From an uncultured virus (IMG/VR IMGVR_UViG_3300021426_000082) (lineage: Duplodnaviria; Heunggongvirae; Uroviricota; Caudoviricetes), in IMG/VR virus record IMGVR_UViG_3300021426_000082: a stretch of 64,000 nucleotides of DNA; one strand, written 5' to 3'. This document shows positions 9,923 to 19,043 of this stretch, piece by piece (position 1 is the first letter of the stretch; the number at the start of each line of letters is the position of its first letter). The notes under the pieces were generated by a model that was given only the letters and a program-made list of their open reading frames with translations, was not told the origin of the DNA and ran no database searches. The translations under genes were made by a program, and so were the position numbers.

Positions 9923-10144
9923 TTAGTTGATACCCAAAACATCCATATTAATAATTGCTTCCCTGGCGTGCTTGGCGTTCTCAATAATCTTTTCACAATC
10001 TTCAATCAGGTGATCAAGGTCATCAGCTTCAGAAAAACGCCTGAAACATTCCATAGAATCATTAGCGCGTTTCATATGCTTTTCAATCTGTTCCCTCCAT
10101 AACATGATCGTGACTTCCCTGCGGGTTCCTGTAATAATCTGCAT
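9923..10144 (-). CDS. hypothetical protein
   Basis: AAGGAGG RBS. Confidence 0.55.
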   Translation of the reverse strand: MQIITGTRREVTIMLWREQIEKHMKRANDSMECFRRFSEADDLDHLIEDCEKIIENAKHAREAIINMDVLGIN

Positions 10145-10233
10145 TTTGTATCCTCCTTGTGTTTTGATCAATAACTAATGGTTTAGGCATGGCCAGGAAC
10201 CGTAGCTCCTGGCCTAAACTAAACCCTTACTTA

Positions 10234-11424
10234 TTATTCTGCCTTTTTGAATATCGTTCCGTTTCTTCCGTCTGCAATACCCAGGGCCCACACGTTTGTA
10301 TCATAGGCGCATCTGCGGGGCTTCCGGTTTATTGCTCTATCGGTTCCGCTTTTCAGTGTTACGCGGTCTGCCGTGACTTTTGTTACCTTGTATGTTTTCT
10401 TTTCATACCCGTTTCCGGTCCACACGTCCACCGTGTACTCGTCGCCCGTTTTATAGGGGTGCTGCGCTTCCTGATTTTCAAAACCAGTCGCGTCAATGAC
10501 TTTGACTATCTCAGCATAAGACGCTTTTAACTGGAACCCGCCCGCGTCATAGACAATGTTCTTCGGGCCTGTGCTCAATACCTTTACATTTCCCTTCCAG
10601 TGTGCGTTGAGCTTAACAACGTAACCGGGTTTAATGTTTTCTTTGCTGAACACGACCTCGCCGCGCATTTCTCTGTAATAGGTGTATTTTCCGATTGCCT
10701 GATCAATAATCTGCTCGGCATCCTCAATCCACCGATTGACTTCTTCCGCGGTCACTTCCTCACCGTTGTACCGCTTGAATGTTTTTCCGGATTCAATAGC
10801 GGCCAGGCGTTCTTTATAGCTTGCCAGGTTTTTCTTCTGTGCTCTGATCGTTTTCTCTGCCTCGTCCATGCGTCTCTGGCAAAAATCAGGGCTTTTCTTT
10901 TCTGTGCTATTGCGGGCGGCCTCGGCGCGGTCTGCATAATATCCGGCCTTTTTAAACTCGTCCCAGCCACGTTCCCACGCGGCCCACATCCGATCCCGCT
11001 GTCTGGTAAAGGAACGGCCTGCGGATGTGTTAATGTTCGGTTGCGTGAAAAAAGCAATATCACCGCGCATATTCTCAATCGGGGCCTGCAGTCGCTTGCC
11101 TTCTGCGTTTGCCTTTTCTGCTTTGGCCTCATACCGATCAGCACGCGCCTCGGCTTTTTCCGCTTTGACCTGCATCTGCTCCGCAAAACTCAGCACCTCG
11201 CCGGTTTTGCCCGCGTTTTCAAGCCCTAAACCAATAGCGACCTGCTCCGCCAGATACAGGTGCGGAAACTTGCAACGGCTCACCCAGGCTCCGGTTCTGC
11301 GGGAAAACAGAAAATTGCTTTTCACTTTCTGCTTGTCTGCGTCGGACAGGTTCATATAATCCGTCTTTTCGAAGTGCAGTTCTAATTTCTGCGTTTCGTT
11401 GTTAATTACATAGTAGTTACTCAA
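10234..11424 (-). CDS. DUF3560-like protein of mobile elements
   Basis: FLFSRRTGAWVSR, KAEARADRY, AFFTQPNINTSAGRSF..RDRM. Confidence 0.65.
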   Translation of the reverse strand: MSNYYVINNETQKLELHFEKTDYMNLSDADKQKVKSNFLFSRRTGAWVSRCKFPHLYLAEQVAIGLGLENAGKTGEVLSFAEQMQVKAEKAEARADRYEAKAEKANAEGKRLQAPIENMRGDIAFFTQPNINTSAGRSFTRQRDRMWAAWERGWDEFKKAGYYADRAEAARNSTEKKSPDFCQRRMDEAEKTIRAQKKNLASYKERLAAIESGKTFKRYNGEEVTAEEVNRWIEDAEQIIDQAIGKYTYYREMRGEVVFSKENIKPGYVVKLNAHWKGNVKVLSTGPKNIVYDAGGFQLKASYAEIVKVIDATGFENQEAQHPYKTGDEYTVDVWTGNGYEKKTYKVTKVTADRVTLKSGTDRAINRKPRRCAYDTNVWALGIADGRNGTIFKKAE

Positions 11425-11505
11425 TTTGTTTCCTCCTTTTGAATACTGATTAAAAGCTCAATCGACGGGTCAATATTGGCTATTGGCCCGCCTATCAACA
11501 ATCAA

Positions 11506-11862
11506 TCAATAGATTCTCTTAACAGGAATGACGGTCAATCCGGCCGCCGTGATGCGGTCAATAGCATCGTTGTATTTTCCGCCTCCGTCATAGCGTTTGA
11601 TCGTTTCATAGCGTCGGCAGTCTTTGAGAATGACCAGCTCGCGGTTTACTATGAACATATCGACCTGGAACAGGTCAGCCCGTTCAACCCCAGCCTTCCG
11701 CGCTTTTGTAACCGCGTCAAACTGATCACGGCCGGGAGCATCTTTAAACCGACGCACGCCGCGGACCAGGCCGCGGGTTTTGTCGTTCTCGTCCTTTGCT
11801 GTCAGGGTGCTCGCGCTGACCCTTACTGCATAATCTTTCAAGTCCTCAATTTTCATATTCAC
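11506..11862 (-). CDS. hypothetical protein
   Basis: GGAGGTG RBS, coupled to upstream gene. Confidence 0.55.
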   Translation of the reverse strand: MNMKIEDLKDYAVRVSASTLTAKDENDKTRGLVRGVRRFKDAPGRDQFDAVTKARKAGVERADLFQVDMFIVNRELVILKDCRRYETIKRYDGGGKYNDAIDRITAAGLTVIPVKRIY

Positions 11863-12326
11863 ACCTCCTCAATGGTCAACACAACCGCGGGCCCCTTCTT
11901 ATATTCGTTAGTACGGAAGGACGGGGCACCAACGTATACTTCCCTGATCCCTGTCAATTTACAACCGGCCCCGACAAAATCAGCTATTGTCTGGACTGCA
12001 TCGGTCCAGGTGTTGCTTATTGTCAATTCCTGAATACCGTTCTCACGGTAAAGGGAAACAACGTCGGCCGGGGTTGCGGCATACAAAGAATGATCAATGT
12101 CAGGGGCCGCGTTCCCGCGTTTCCGGGACTCCGTGTAAATCCTGACCGCTTCCGCAACCGCGGCGCCGTTGCTATTGACCTTTGCGCACGTTGCATCATG
12201 CAGCGCCCGCGCTTCTTCATAGATGCGCTCGGCTTCTGCATCGTTTCCGGCATTTTCGGCCGATATGACCGCATCACGCAGAGCATCGACGCGGGCCAGG
12301 TCTGCATAAATAGATTCAAGTGTCAT
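11859..12326 (-). CDS. hypothetical protein
   Basis: AAGGAGG RBS; RENGIQELTISNTW..GCKLTG. Confidence 0.6.
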   Translation of the reverse strand: MTLESIYADLARVDALRDAVISAENAGNDAEAERIYEEARALHDATCAKVNSNGAAVAEAVRIYTESRKRGNAAPDIDHSLYAATPADVVSLYRENGIQELTISNTWTDAVQTIADFVGAGCKLTGIREVYVGAPSFRTNEYKKGPAVVLTIEEV

Positions 12327-12427
12327 TTGTGACCTCCTTTAATTGTTTTGTGATTGGCTACTTAATCACCCCGCGAACACTATCAATGTTCGCAGGTTCT
12401 TTAAAAAGTCAATCAATCAATCAGCAA

Positions 12428-12925
12428 TCAATCTTCTTCGTCATACGCAACGGGCATCACCAGACCGAGGCGGGCATTGAGATAATTAGCGGCCACGATG
12501 CAGGGACCTCGGCGGTTCCCGCGCTCCTGTACTACATAAACATGTTCAATCCCGCCGTACTCGTTGATGAATCTTTCCTGAATGTATACGCGGCGGGGGC
12601 GGTCCCTGTCATCGGTTCCGGTAAACTTTACAAGTTTATCGCCTTCTTTATTTAAGACGATCCCGGCAGGTGTCATATGATCAGCTTCGGGAAGGTTTGC
12701 GGTCTTTCTGTAAATCTCACCAACGGCCGCATGTTCAAACCTGGCACAATCCAGAAAACAAAACTGGCGCGGGATTTTGTAGAGACGGAACCCGCCAACA
12801 CAGAAATAAATATTGTCCTCGTCAGCATCGGCCAGAATCCTTTTTCCGGGCCTTTTGTCAGTTGCAGACTTTAAGACGCGGGTCTGCATCTCAATCATGA
12901 GTTTTTCATAGTCAAATTTTTTCAT
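12428..12925 (-). CDS. hypothetical protein
   Basis: AAGGAGG RBS before ATG 12925; ends GLVMPV. Confidence 0.6.
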   Translation of the reverse strand: MKKFDYEKLMIEMQTRVLKSATDKRPGKRILADADEDNIYFCVGGFRLYKIPRQFCFLDCARFEHAAVGEIYRKTANLPEADHMTPAGIVLNKEGDKLVKFTGTDDRDRPRRVYIQERFINEYGGIEHVYVVQERGNRRGPCIVAANYLNARLGLVMPVAYDEED

Positions 12926-13021
12926 TGTGACCTCCTTTTGTAGTTTTGTTGTATTTATGGATTCATCACAAACGGCCAACGGATAAACCGCTGGCCGCCT
13001 CTGTCAATTCATAAATAGCAA

Positions 13022-13336
13022 TCAGTTTTCGGTTATATCCTCCTCGAAGTGCTCAACCATTGCCGCGGCTGCGGTGAATCTGTCAGTCACAGAGAAGGGA
13101 CGCGCGCCGATGCTGCAAAACTCGCGCATGTAACGCTTGGCGGCTTCTGTCATAACCGGATAAAAAGCATCAATAGCGCGCTCCGGGTCATAGTTACCGC
13201 GCTTAAAATGCTTTTTCAGGGTTCCAACGACGTTCCAGAGCCACCTATAAAGATTCTCGTCACCGTTCAGCGCGTAAAGCTCAAGCTCGGTTGCTTCGTG
13301 GCTGGGGTTGATATACATGTTTTTTGTGCGTTTCAT
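13022..13336 (-). CDS. hypothetical protein
   Basis: AAGGAGG RBS; ATELELYALN..LY..KRGNYD. Confidence 0.6.
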   Translation of the reverse strand: MKRTKNMYINPSHEATELELYALNGDENLYRWLWNVVGTLKKHFKRGNYDPERAIDAFYPVMTEAAKRYMREFCSIGARPFSVTDRFTAAAAMVEHFEEDITEN

Positions 13337-13425
13337 AGCGAACCTCCTTTTTTGTGAAAACTTGTTAACATGCCGAAGCGGTCAAGATTTTTCAATCCTG
13401 GCCGCTTCCGTATATTGGCAAGTGT

Positions 13426-13707
13426 TCAATTCTGGGCTGGTGCAACCTGATCAAAAGTAAACCAGGCGGATGTTTTAAGAAACATGCCTTCCGGCATCTC
13501 GGTTCCGTCCTTTTTTGTGCGGGCGGGTGTGTGTTTCCAGATTGCAAACTTGGCAACCGCTGTCTGGCCCTTTTGGACCTGGAAGCCTAAATCCTGCCAG
13601 CCCTTGTAAGTATGGATCGTTTCCGGCATCCCGTTCTCGTCGGTCTTGAGGATACCCGCCTCGGCAAGTGCTATTGCGTTCTGAAAAATAATCTGATTAT
13701 TGGTCAT
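13426..13707 (-). CDS. ArdC N-terminal-like ssDNA-binding (anti-restriction) domain protein
   Basis: HTYKGWQDLGFQVQKGQTA...F..DQV motif. Confidence 0.65.
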   Translation of the reverse strand: MTNNQIIFQNAIALAEAGILKTDENGMPETIHTYKGWQDLGFQVQKGQTAVAKFAIWKHTPARTKKDGTEMPEGMFLKTSAWFTFDQVAPAQN

Positions 13708-13796
13708 AGTGTAACCTCCTATATTTTTTATGAATTAATGTTTTCACCTGACCGCGGCGACCCTTTTGATCAGGTCACCCGGCCCCCGAAAAAACA

Positions 13797-14021
13797 TTAA
13801 ATGTTGTTCGCGTGTAACTCGGTGTATACGTCGTGAACGCCAGAACCATATTTAATAGCGGTGGAAGCGTCGGGCTTTTCAAACCGGACAACACGACGAT
13901 TTAAAAAGCCGTATTTTGTACCGTGTACCTCGTTGAACATGAAAAGCATCCCTTCAGCAAAAGAAAAATCAGTAAGCCTTGCCGCGTCATTGATTTTTTT
14001 GATTAGCTCAAACTGTTTCAT
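13797..14021 (-). CDS. hypothetical protein, first gene of leftward operon
   Basis: AGGAGG RBS. Confidence 0.55.
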   Translation of the reverse strand: MKQFELIKKINDAARLTDFSFAEGMLFMFNEVHGTKYGFLNRRVVRFEKPDASTAIKYGSGVHDVYTELHANNI

Positions 14022-14069
14022 ATATAACCTCCTACTTGAAATACAATAATTGTCTACATGTTGTACTTT

Positions 14070-14703
14070 CAGTCTGAACCGGACCTATGCGGCCTCGTCC
14101 CAGGTGAAAGATTCAATTCTAAACATTGACTATTGATCAATGGTTACAATTCAATCCTTCACGAAGAAGGGCGCCAGGGTTCTCTCCCTATTTTCTGCAG
14201 GCCCTACACATTTTAGGCGGGTTTCCTACTTTTTTGCCGCTTGGGTATCGTCGGGAGGCTGGCTATTCTGTTTATTTGATCAGTTATCAGTTACTATGAA
14301 TCAGGGTTTATAGTTACTTGAAAATAGGTTAATGGTTACTGTTTACCGAATCTCACGCCTCGGCCCGCGGTTACTTTTTAACGCTTTTCACTTGGCGGCT
14401 GGTTCCCTTTTATGCAGCGTGTATACCAGCAACTCGTTCCTGCCTTCGTCAATATTGAGTGTTCAATATTGGCGGGATCGTCTTAGCGCCTTGATCCATC
14501 GGCGGCGTTAATCATTGAAAAGTGTTAACTGCTTTCACTTTGTAATTTTGTCGCCCGGCGTCGTGTTTCTTTTTGGTGTTTTACGTCCTGATCACGGGCG
14601 ACCGCTTCTTTATTAGATTAAAAATGTTCGGTTAGACAACCCGCCAGGCGGGAAACCTTTTGCGGTTCCGGTTCCTTTTTATTGGCTCCGGTTCCTTTTG
14701 TTG
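14070..14703 (-). ncRNA. candidate large structured RNA / early leader
   Basis: ~630 nt without a listed ORF downstream of a minus-strand promoter; several long helices. Confidence 0.45.
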
Positions 14704-14708
14704 TCTCT

Positions 14709-14737
14709 ATCCTATCATTGTGTAATGATAATTACAA
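14709..14737 (-). promoter_or_regulatory. sigmaA-type promoter of leftward operon
   Basis: TTGTAA-17 bp-TAGGAT with extended TG; spacer nearly identical to the promoter at 9775-9803. Confidence 0.6.
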
Positions 14738-14811
14738 TATCGGAATATTACACAAAATAACATTGAGTAATGATATGTTTGTTTAGTGAAAATGTACAAC
14801 ATGTTGTACTT

Positions 14812-14840
14812 TTGACATCTGGCCGTGTTTATGCTATTCT
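14812..14840 (+). promoter_or_regulatory. sigmaA-type promoter of RHH gene
   Basis: TTGACA-17 bp-TATTCT, preceded by perfect palindrome GTACAACATGTTGTAC (14794-14809). Confidence 0.65.
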
Positions 14841-14869
14841 ATGATACATATAACAACGGGGGTCTGAAA

Positions 14870-15157
14870 ATGAGTACAAAAAGCGATGCTTCGAACCGAT
14901 ACACGGCGAAGAATTACGATAGAATGAATATCATTGTAAAAAAGGGTATGAGGGACCATATAAAGGAATACGCAACCGCGAAGGGGATGTCTATAAACCG
15001 TTTGATTAACAGGGCACTGGCTGACACTGTACCAGGGTTTGAGATGATCGACGGGATACCGATTGATAAAAGGGGACCGGAAACCCTGACGGGAACCGCC
15101 CCGGTTGATCAGGAACGCAGCGACGGGAACGACGGGAACCCGAAAAAAGCCTTTTAA
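14870..15157 (+). CDS. ribbon-helix-helix (Arc-like) regulator
   Basis: KNYDRMNIIVKKG.RD.IK.YA..KGMSIN..I..A. Confidence 0.75.
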   Translation: MSTKSDASNRYTAKNYDRMNIIVKKGMRDHIKEYATAKGMSINRLINRALADTVPGFEMIDGIPIDKRGPETLTGTAPVDQERSDGNDGNPKKAF

Positions 15158-15368
15158 AAGCGTTTTTAGCGGGGTTATATCGCACTGGTATATTTACACC
15201 TGAAAAGCAGAAAAGCGCCTGTAAACGGAAAATAAAAGGATTTAAAGGGAATATAAACCGCGGGGACCGCGGGAAAACAGAAAACATGATACAGATACAT
15301 TAAACCGCGTTAAAGTGCCTATATTGGCTTTTTACGCGGTTTTTATATTGATATAAGGGGTTTATACC

Positions 15369-16100
15369 ATGAGAAAAGCAAAAAGCCCGGAAACGGGCGA
15401 AAAAAAGGAAAATACAACCGGATCAGGCTGGCTCGATCGTGACGAGGTAAAAAAGACGGGGACCGGAAAACACGACGGACACAAAGACGGCAGACCTACA
15501 CGGGATGAGCGCGGCACCCGCTTGAAAGTATACCGCCGATTTAAAGAAGGCAGAGACTTTCATAAAACACCCCCGGAACGGGCCGCAGCTTATATTGATT
15601 TAATGTATAGGGCAATCGATATGGAACCCGACGAAAACGGGGTATATAAGAAGCGCGTTCCGTATGACCTGAAAACGGTTGACGGGTTCCTCGCCGCGAC
15701 CCAGGAATATATAGATTGGCTAAATACCCAGGCCGCCCGCGGGGTGGATATATACCCGGATATAGAAGGCTTTTGTGCTTTTTGCGGTACATATCGCGAA
15801 CGCGTCTGGGATTTGTGTAAATGTGGTGACCCAGAGCTTGGGCACGTTGTAAAAGGGGTTATAAACTCTTTTGCGTCGTGGAAGAAGCAGGCTGCACTTA
15901 ACGGGGAGATACCCGCGGTTGTATTTGCCGTCGATTTTAACAATAATCACGGCTATGTACAGAAGCCAGTTGTCGAATTAAACAACAATACGGCGGTAGT
16001 GGAGCTCCCGTCCGCGTCTGACATAAAAGCCCGCCTGCAGGCCGTAAACCCCGCCAGAATAGCCGAAAACGACGGTAAAAAGGGCCTTCCTGGGCGATAG
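15369..16100 (+). CDS. terminase small subunit
   Basis: PDIEGFCAFCG, KQAALNGEIPAVVFAVDFNNNHGY; upstream of packaging genes. Confidence 0.65.
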   Translation: MRKAKSPETGEKKENTTGSGWLDRDEVKKTGTGKHDGHKDGRPTRDERGTRLKVYRRFKEGRDFHKTPPERAAAYIDLMYRAIDMEPDENGVYKKRVPYDLKTVDGFLAATQEYIDWLNTQAARGVDIYPDIEGFCAFCGTYRERVWDLCKCGDPELGHVVKGVINSFASWKKQAALNGEIPAVVFAVDFNNNHGYVQKPVVELNNNTAVVELPSASDIKARLQAVNPARIAENDGKKGLPGR

Positions 16101-16319
16101 TGGTTCCTTTAATCTACATTATAGGCACCGCAAGCCCGCCAGCATGGACTGCGGAACGCCCGCGCCCGCGTCCCCGCGCCCGTCTGATCAGGCCGGGAAC
16201 CCGCGCCCGCGCCGCGCCTGGCCCCCGGCCGGGGGTTTGATCAGGCCCCCCGCCGCGTCCAGTCACCCCCCTGAGCAACCCAAAAACCAAAAGGCGAACC
16301 GCCAAAACAAAGGGGGAAG

Positions 16320-16717
16320 GGGTATACCCAAAGGCCAAATCACGGTGAATGGGTAAACCCCTCCCTAAAAATAGGGCAAAAAGGGTTTACAAATGTATAC
16401 CCCTACAAGTCGCGATGGTCGGAAAATGGCTTATTTATGCGGAAAACTGGCATCGTGGTCAGGGGTATACAAATGTTTACAAATGTATACCCCACCTCAA
16501 AAACAAGGAAAAATGACCGATTTTCGCGGTGGTCGGAGAGGGGTAAACCCTTCAAAAAGGCTGAAAATGGGGTAAACCCCTGCACAAATCACGATGGTCG
16601 TTTTTAAAGAAATGGCTTAAAACCGTGGTTTTTTGGGGTATACCCTGAGTGAAAATCGCGGTGGTCGGAAAGGCCAAAACCTCAAAATTTCCCGGAAAAT
16701 AAAAAGGGGGTTTACCC
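16320..16717. repeat. cluster of GGGTWWACCC palindromes and direct repeats (candidate pac or origin)
   Basis: GGGTWWACCC at 16320, 16351, 16541, 16570, 16636, 16708; TTTACAAATGTATACCCC twice; CGCGRTGGTCGG three times. Confidence 0.75.
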
Positions 16718-16736
16718 CTGATGAAAGGAAAACGAT

Positions 16737-17012
16737 ATGCCCAGCAGAAATTCAGAAGTATTCTCTGTACGCCTTAATGATGGGTATAGGGAGAGATTTA
16801 TGGAGATGCTTGACGCTTCAAAAAGCACAGCGAAAGACGTTATGCAGAGTTTCATTTCCCTGCTCGATGAGGGTGAACTGGAAATCAGGAACGGCAGGAT
16901 CGTCGTGGTCAACCGTCTTGACATTTCAGAACTTGAAGCCGTCGCAAGGAGAGCAAAGCTGTCTCCGCAGGAACTTTTAAATAAAATGTTGAATGGTGTT
17001 CGTCTGCGATGA
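16737..17012 (+). CDS. small DNA-binding (RHH-like) protein
   Basis: VFSVRL beta strand followed by helices. Confidence 0.5.
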   Translation: MPSRNSEVFSVRLNDGYRERFMEMLDASKSTAKDVMQSFISLLDEGELEIRNGRIVVVNRLDISELEAVARRAKLSPQELLNKMLNGVRLR

Positions 17013-17046
17013 CGATACAACATGTTATAATTCGAGGTACAACAAA

Positions 17047-17361
17047 ATGGAATGGATTACCAAAACACGGACGGGCAACGTGAGAAACCTGCCCGATGTA
17101 TCTGTAAGACATAAGTACGGGACCACGTTCATTATCCGTGAGGACCTGGCTGAGAAGATAAGCGATACCGGATTTGTAGCAATCGGGCACGAGGATGAAA
17201 AGGTATACTTCAAGCCTATGTCCAAAGAGGAAGGCTATAAGCTGTGTGTCTATAACTCTAACAGGAGCATACAGATCAGACAGTCCTTAAAGATCGCGGA
17301 TGGTCCTTATGAGCTTCAGTACGATTTTGCAAAGAAAATGTATTATATAGCATCTGCATAA
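17047..17361 (+). CDS. hypothetical protein
   Basis: GAGGT RBS before ATG 17047. Confidence 0.55.
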   Translation: MEWITKTRTGNVRNLPDVSVRHKYGTTFIIREDLAEKISDTGFVAIGHEDEKVYFKPMSKEEGYKLCVYNSNRSIQIRQSLKIADGPYELQYDFAKKMYYIASA

Positions 17362-17370
17362 GGGGGAAAG

Positions 17371-18063
17371 ATGGAAGTATATCTCAACAGTATCACGGGC
17401 ATAGATGATGCCATGGTATCCCTGTTCATGAGTAAACAGCACTGGACGCGGGGAAAAGAAGAGTTCATTAGGGACGTGGTAAGGAGTTCTCTTGACCACA
17501 AGGGAAAGCTGGTCCATGCACGCGAGGAGTATACGGAACTGATTGAAAAGGTCTGTAAGTACGGAAAGCAGCACACGGAACTTCTCCGGTACATAAAACT
17601 GTCAGTCACGGTGAACGGACTGCATAGGGCAGGCCAGGACGATTGGGACAGTCATGTAAGGCGTATGGATGCCATGGTGAGAGCTTCTACACGGCTGTCC
17701 GATTTCACAACAGAGGTATCGGATTTCTACAAAGAAAAGATAATCCCCTTCGCAGATGCGGGTATAGAGATTCCGGATACAATCATTCACGATGAACACG
17801 CCTATGTGAGATATGCCAACGGATATATACGCGAGGATATGAAAAAAGACAAGGACGTGAAACGTGGTCTGTATCTTCTCAGTATCCCTTCAAGTTTCAT
17901 TTACAAGATTGGACTTGCTGATCATTCGCACATGTATAAGCTGCGGAATGAGAACAGTACTGCGAATCCGGAAGTTAAACAGTGCATGGAAATGCTTTCA
18001 GACCAGATAGAGGATTTCCAGCCCATGTTCACAAGAAAGTTCATGGAGGGTATCAAATGCTGA
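17371..18063 (+). CDS. hypothetical protein, possibly divergent ThyX-like
   Basis: HTELLRYI.LSVTV.GLHR..QDDWDSH..STR loosely recalls the ThyX fold. Confidence 0.35.
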   Translation: MEVYLNSITGIDDAMVSLFMSKQHWTRGKEEFIRDVVRSSLDHKGKLVHAREEYTELIEKVCKYGKQHTELLRYIKLSVTVNGLHRAGQDDWDSHVRRMDAMVRASTRLSDFTTEVSDFYKEKIIPFADAGIEIPDTIIHDEHAYVRYANGYIREDMKKDKDVKRGLYLLSIPSSFIYKIGLADHSHMYKLRNENSTANPEVKQCMEMLSDQIEDFQPMFTRKFMEGIKC

Positions 18064-18217
18064 GAATGTTCGTGGTCATATGGCTTGTATTCTGCGGGAT
18101 AAAAGAGGTGGTCAATCTGGCAAGCCGTGAATACGACAAAACAATTACGGCCGCAAAGATAAGTAAAATCCTCATAATCGCGGCAACCATACATTATGTG
18201 ATCAACTGAGGTGAGAT

Positions 18218-18415
18218 ATGGAACCTGGGGACATCGCACTTGTAATGTGCATTTACGAATCATGGGAAGATGGCCTTTACGGATTGCGGACGGTGGATAC
18301 AAAAACCACAATTCTTGCATCCGAGGATGAGATTTATCTGCCAAAGGTCAAAAGTGACGCAGAACGTTTTGCTGATTATGCGGACGAAAAAAGGAGAATG
18401 AATGGACGAAGTTGA
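18218..18415 (+). CDS. hypothetical protein
   Basis: GAGGTG RBS. Confidence 0.5.
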   Translation: MEPGDIALVMCIYESWEDGLYGLRTVDTKTTILASEDEIYLPKVKSDAERFADYADEKRRMNGRS

Positions 18416-18677
18416 TTTACTCAGAACAGAGAACGCAGAACTCCGGGAACAGGTAAAGGAACTGCGAGTGCAGGTGAGCGATTTTGAAAAGAGCACCGCG
18501 GACCAGGAAAAGGAACTGGCCAGGCTGAAAGCTGAAAACGATGAACTTAATACCAAAGTTTCAAAACTCAATGCCTCGCTTGGTTTCTACAAAAAACAGT
18601 ATAGTTACATGAGCATTGCGCATGACGTAACAATGGAGAAATTGATGTATGAACGTTCCAAGGCACAGCAATCATGA
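18402..18677 (+). CDS. coiled-coil hypothetical protein
   Basis: heptad repeats; AGGAG RBS. Confidence 0.6.
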   Translation: MDEVDLLRTENAELREQVKELRVQVSDFEKSTADQEKELARLKAENDELNTKVSKLNASLGFYKKQYSYMSIAHDVTMEKLMYERSKAQQS

Positions 18678-18824
18678 ATACCTGGTGGAGTGGAAAAGCA
18701 AAAAGACCGGAATCAAAAGAACGTTCAAGGCGCTCACCACAGATTCAATATCCGCGATGCTTCTGTGTAAAATTCAGAACGGACGGAAGAAAAAACAGAG
18801 AGATGATGTAGAGGTGATAAAGGT

Positions 18825-19043
18825 ATGCAGACTGTCTTAATATCAGGTGTTGACGGAACTATTGTAAACTTTGAACACGTAACAAGGATTTACAAACAGG
18901 GCGGCTATATACATGCCGAACTCACCACAGGGAAACAGATTCCTTTGTATTTCAACAAGAATTATGATGCGGTAAACAGTTACTTCGACAGCCTTATTGA
19001 CAACATACTTGACATAAGAGTTTTCAGGATGAGAACAGACTAA
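18825..19043 (+). CDS. hypothetical protein
   Basis: GAGGTG RBS; stop overlaps terL start. Confidence 0.55.
   Translation: MQTVLISGVDGTIVNFEHVTRIYKQGGYIHAELTTGKQIPLYFNKNYDAVNSYFDSLIDNILDIRVFRMRTD

Noticed and set aside
16114..16585. Short ORFs in the GC-rich and repeat region
   Set aside because: Low-complexity translations of repeats with no convincing RBS.
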